Positions 60,261 through 64,000 of a stretch of DNA of 64,000 nt are shown here, one piece after another. The notes beneath the pieces were generated by a model that was given only the letters and a program-made list of their open reading frames with translations, was not told the DNA's origin and did not search any database. Within the stretch, counting starts at the first letter, position 1, and each line of letters begins with the position of its first letter. This DNA comes from Centroscyllium fabricii. Lineage: Eukaryota. Location: contig JBNRSN020000010.1 of assembly GCA_051313645.2 (NCBI GenBank), positions 131,006,001 to 131,070,000 on the forward strand. Direction: 5' to 3'. The translations under genes were made by a program, and so were the position numbers.

Positions 60261-63200
60261 AAGATATGCTGTGTGGATGGATGGAAATGTTGCATTTTAC
60301 AAGTTACATATTTTGAAGTACTGTATGACTTAACAGTGTTCAGCATTTTAAAGAAGCAATGGGCAGCAATAATTCTGTATCCCAGGGAACATTTTATTTA
60401 AAAAAAGAGAAGTTGTTATTCCATTATTAGCTTAATGCCATTTTCCAGAAGGACTGAGCATTGAGGGAACTTTACAGTCAGGATATTATGATTACTGAGC
60501 ACTGTCTGAACACTAGTTTCCCAAAGAGTTGCATTGCATGGTAACCTACTGGTTAAGTAGGGAAACCTAAGATTGCATAAATGCTAATATAATAAATAGG
60601 AAATGGAGGAGGTAAATTGGAAAAATATGCAAACTTAAAAAAAACACGAAGGGACGCACTGCATTGGGGTGGGAAAGCACTTCTGACCTTCGAACTAGCA
60701 GAAACTTGCCTCCCTGAGACCAAATGTTCTCTTTCTCCAGTATAAAAGTTTTGTTGAGATCTGCTGTTTTGGATCTCCCAGTCAGAAAGAACCCACTTTG
60801 GGAGATTTATGTGGTAGGTCTGCTTCCGGCTTGCACAAACCTCAATGGGATTGGCATTCTTCCTGCTCCTGGGTGTTGACCATTGTTACAAATTTTTGGT
60901 CTGCCTCACTCCTGTGAGCTGTCTCTGCATTTTGTTTTCCAAGTATATGCCAATACTACCTAATATCTAATCATCAAATGTAATCTGAAGCGTAACTTGT
61001 ACCCCATGTGATTTGAACTGGGTATCATGTCTTTTGCAAGTCATGCCACATGCGCTTCTCCATTCTTTCAGCGGGCGGACTGATTTTTATGAGAATGGAA
61101 AGCTTTCCCTCTTTATACCAAGTAAAAATTAATTCCAGAAGTTATAAAGCTCTCTGCACTCTGATTTCCTTTTGATATTGCAGAACATTCCTCTTACTCC
61201 AGTACCACAAGTGTGTTTCAGTTACACTAAATTGTTTTTTCCTGCCTCCCATGTAAATATGTTGCCACCTACTGGAAGTGGTTTACAATACTTTTCGCAG
61301 CATTGAAGGAAGTGACCACAAAAAATAATTGGCTAACTACACGAGAGTTTAATGAGATTTCAGTGTTGAATATGTCCTTAAATTGGTTTAGAGGTAGATT
61401 ATAATACTGAATGTTTACCCATTAATGTGTTGAGATATCACAGCAGCTTAAGGGATTGTGCCAATTATTTGACATTTGAGTCTTTTGCTGTTTTTGGCTG
61501 TTCCACCAGTCTCACTTTAAAAAAAATAAAAATAATAATAATCCAGATTCCACCTTTAACTTTTTAAATTTTTCACTTTTGTGCTTGAATGTGTAGCCTT
61601 ATATGTATTTTTATACAGTTTCCACTATTGTGATAGTCAAACTGGATATTGAAATAATTGTTTCCTAAACCAAAGAACTCCAATGAGTCCATAGTTGTGT
61701 GTTTACCAATTCCAGGCTGGGATACAATGTGTTCAATGAGACTAATCTTCAGTAGTTTCATTACCGTATCAGCATCGGGAAGCCTGCCAGCAGGTGTACT
61801 GGTGAGTGCGGCAATGATGATGGGATATATTTGTGGCCTTTGAGTTGCTGTTTAATTTCCCTGAAACATCAGGAAAGTATCTCCGATTGACAGTAAGGCA
61901 AAGACCCCATTTTGGTCTTCGGCAACAGAGGGAAAAAAAGCGATCCAGGCAAGAGTTCACAACCCTACTTTCTCACCTTGACTGCAAAGACATAAAATCA
62001 AAAATGAATGAGGCTCTTTAAGAATTTTTGTTCTGGATATTGATATGTAAGGATCAGAATAAACTGACATGGATAGATTAATGCCGATCTTTACCCATGC
62101 CTGAATTCCTATGTTTGTGTGCATTATGAAGGGTGTATTCTACCTAGAGATTCATATGGAATCTATTAATGTTTCTGAGGCACTTACACGCTTAAGTTTT
62201 GAATTTAGAGTAGTGCTTCTGGTAGCTGAATGTTTTGAGAATTTATCTGAACACTGTAGAGGGTAGATTCAAGTTAACTGATTTTGTTTTAGCACTAATG
62301 AGCGATCTGATCAATCTTTATTAGATAAAATACTGAATTTTGTAGATTACATAAATTTAAAGACTAATATTTTGCAGAAACACTACCAAACATATATGCT
62401 GTATAGCTTCATGTCTGATGCCCATTATCTGTATTACTCAAGAGTTCTTTGCCATTCATAACTGATACACTCTAATGGCTGAAGAACAAATGATCACAGC
62501 CTCGAGGTTGTTACTGCTCAGTATCTTGCTGCTAGTCTTATCTTATACTGTATGTAATGTTGCTGGAGACATGTAGAAATGTACAAATAAAGTTTAACTT
62601 TTTGCTATCTTTTTTAAAGTCAATTGTTGTAAGGCAAATCAATCTATTGATTCAAGCAATGGGACTTCTTAAGGACACCCCACTGAGAGGCAAAATGTCT
62701 GCAGTAAAACAAAAATTACTTCTTGCAATTGTGTGGTCTGTTTTCTTTTAACATTTAGACTTTTGAAGTCTTTCAGTTATATGGGCATGAAGAATATATT
62801 CCAGTGTATACATTGACCATTATACAGAGTCTGCTTTGGTGAAATAATTTGTATGAATTGGTCACTTTGGCACAATATTCTGGTACCTAAATCTGATGGT
62901 TAGATAGCAAGTTGTATTCTTAAAAGTCTAAATGTTGTCCTATAGATAGATCTGTTAGTTAAAATATTTTTTTTCACATTCTTGGTTCCTATTTTGATTC
63001 TCCATTTATATACACAAACCAATGTTTTCACATTCTCACAGATGCACAAATGCATGGGAATCCTAGGCAGTATCTCTGATTTAATAGGACATTATAGTTA
63101 GTTATTACTGAAATAATAACCACCTATAAAACATTGATCGATCCCTTGGTGTTGTGGGAATAAATTCTTGAAATTAAGTGTGTGGGGTGCTTCTTGATGG

Positions 63201-64000
63201 ATTTAGTTTGATTGGGGAAAAATAGGGAGCAAGTCTACTAATCTTAAAGGCTGCAACATCGCCGTTAAGAAAGGAAATTGGGTTATAAGTGTAAGTTTTT
63301 TAATATTTTCCTTTTTTTTTAGAAATGACTATTCCAAAGGGAATCACAAATTCCACTTTATTGTAGAAGTGTATAAAATGAGACTGCATACAATAACTGT
63401 ACTAATGTGTAAATTGATGTACAACTTTTTATACAAAAATTAGTTTGCTAATTTTAGTTGCTATGGAGCCTCTCTCAGTATTCTATAGAATCCTCTATTT
63501 AAAAACTGGTGTGTGGTTTGCTTTGTTTAATGGTTTTTTGCGACCTAATTGTGGCAATGTATTTTAGTCGCCTATCCATTTTCTTATTTCTAGGTTTATT
63601 GCTTTAATTTTCTCACATTGCATCCAAATTTAACAGAGCGGGTTCTCTCCAACTCCCAGAGCAAGTCTTCATTGTATGATTCACCATAATGTTCACTGTA
63701 CCATGGCCCTCCATTTACAAATGGAATACAGAACAGATTGTAGTCTTACTTTATTAAGACAAATGCATGGCAGTTTGAACAGGTGAATATTTCTTTGTCA
63801 TCTATATTGCATATTATTTAAGGCATGTCACTGTTATTCATCACTGAACATATTAACACTCATCCTCAGCCCTGGGAGTATAACGTTCAGTCAACAGTTG
63901 GCATGGCTGCAGAAATAGGAATAGAAAAAGGTGGTTAAGGAAAACAAAATAAGAAAAATAGTGTGCAAATGACAGAGAAGCAAGATTGTTAAAAAGGTGC

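Noticed and set aside
61769-61981. Selenoprotein-type readthrough of the TGA after the minus-strand acceptor (SR*ESRVVNSCL..)
   Set aside because: No recognisable selenoprotein homology or SECIS seen; a plain stop is simpler
62095-62143. 49-nt minus-strand exon candidate (VEYTLHNAHKHRNSGM)
   Set aside because: Would leave only about a 45-nt intron to the stronger 62188-62253 candidate, and its acceptor is weak

Overview
Vertebrate genomic DNA, very probably from an elasmobranch (shark/ray), judged from HE1-like V-SINEs, a SacSINE/Deu-SINE fragment and dense CR1 LINEs. The window holds the 3' part of a kinectin 1 (KTN1) gene on the + strand: 24 coding exons assembled by hand from GT-AG sites with consistent phases (positions 1-54786, about 596 codons), then a 3'UTR with AATAAA signals to about 55700. 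Introns are packed with CR1, L2-group, RTE and Rex1 LINE fragments, SINEs, possible solo LTRs and several non-autonomous DNA-transposon families (pogo/Tigger-like, Harbinger-like, hAT). Nearly all ORFs in the supplied track are TE remnants or spurious. Points of most interest: (i) this KTN1 ends in an RRBP1/p180-like tail (…QLEQK-ATGVLKEGASV*); (ii) its coiled coil is built from repeated 38/91/69-nt three-exon modules, apparently arranged differently from human; (iii) a GC-rich MITE family with conserved ends, variable interiors and clustered NRF1-type TGCGCATGCGCA motifs; (iv) a CAGGG-terminated element with a 5-bp TSD and a duplicated right end; (v) possible 3' exons of an unidentified convergent gene at the far end. 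All comparisons to human proteins and named TE families are from recall, not from a database search, and most TE boundaries are approximate.
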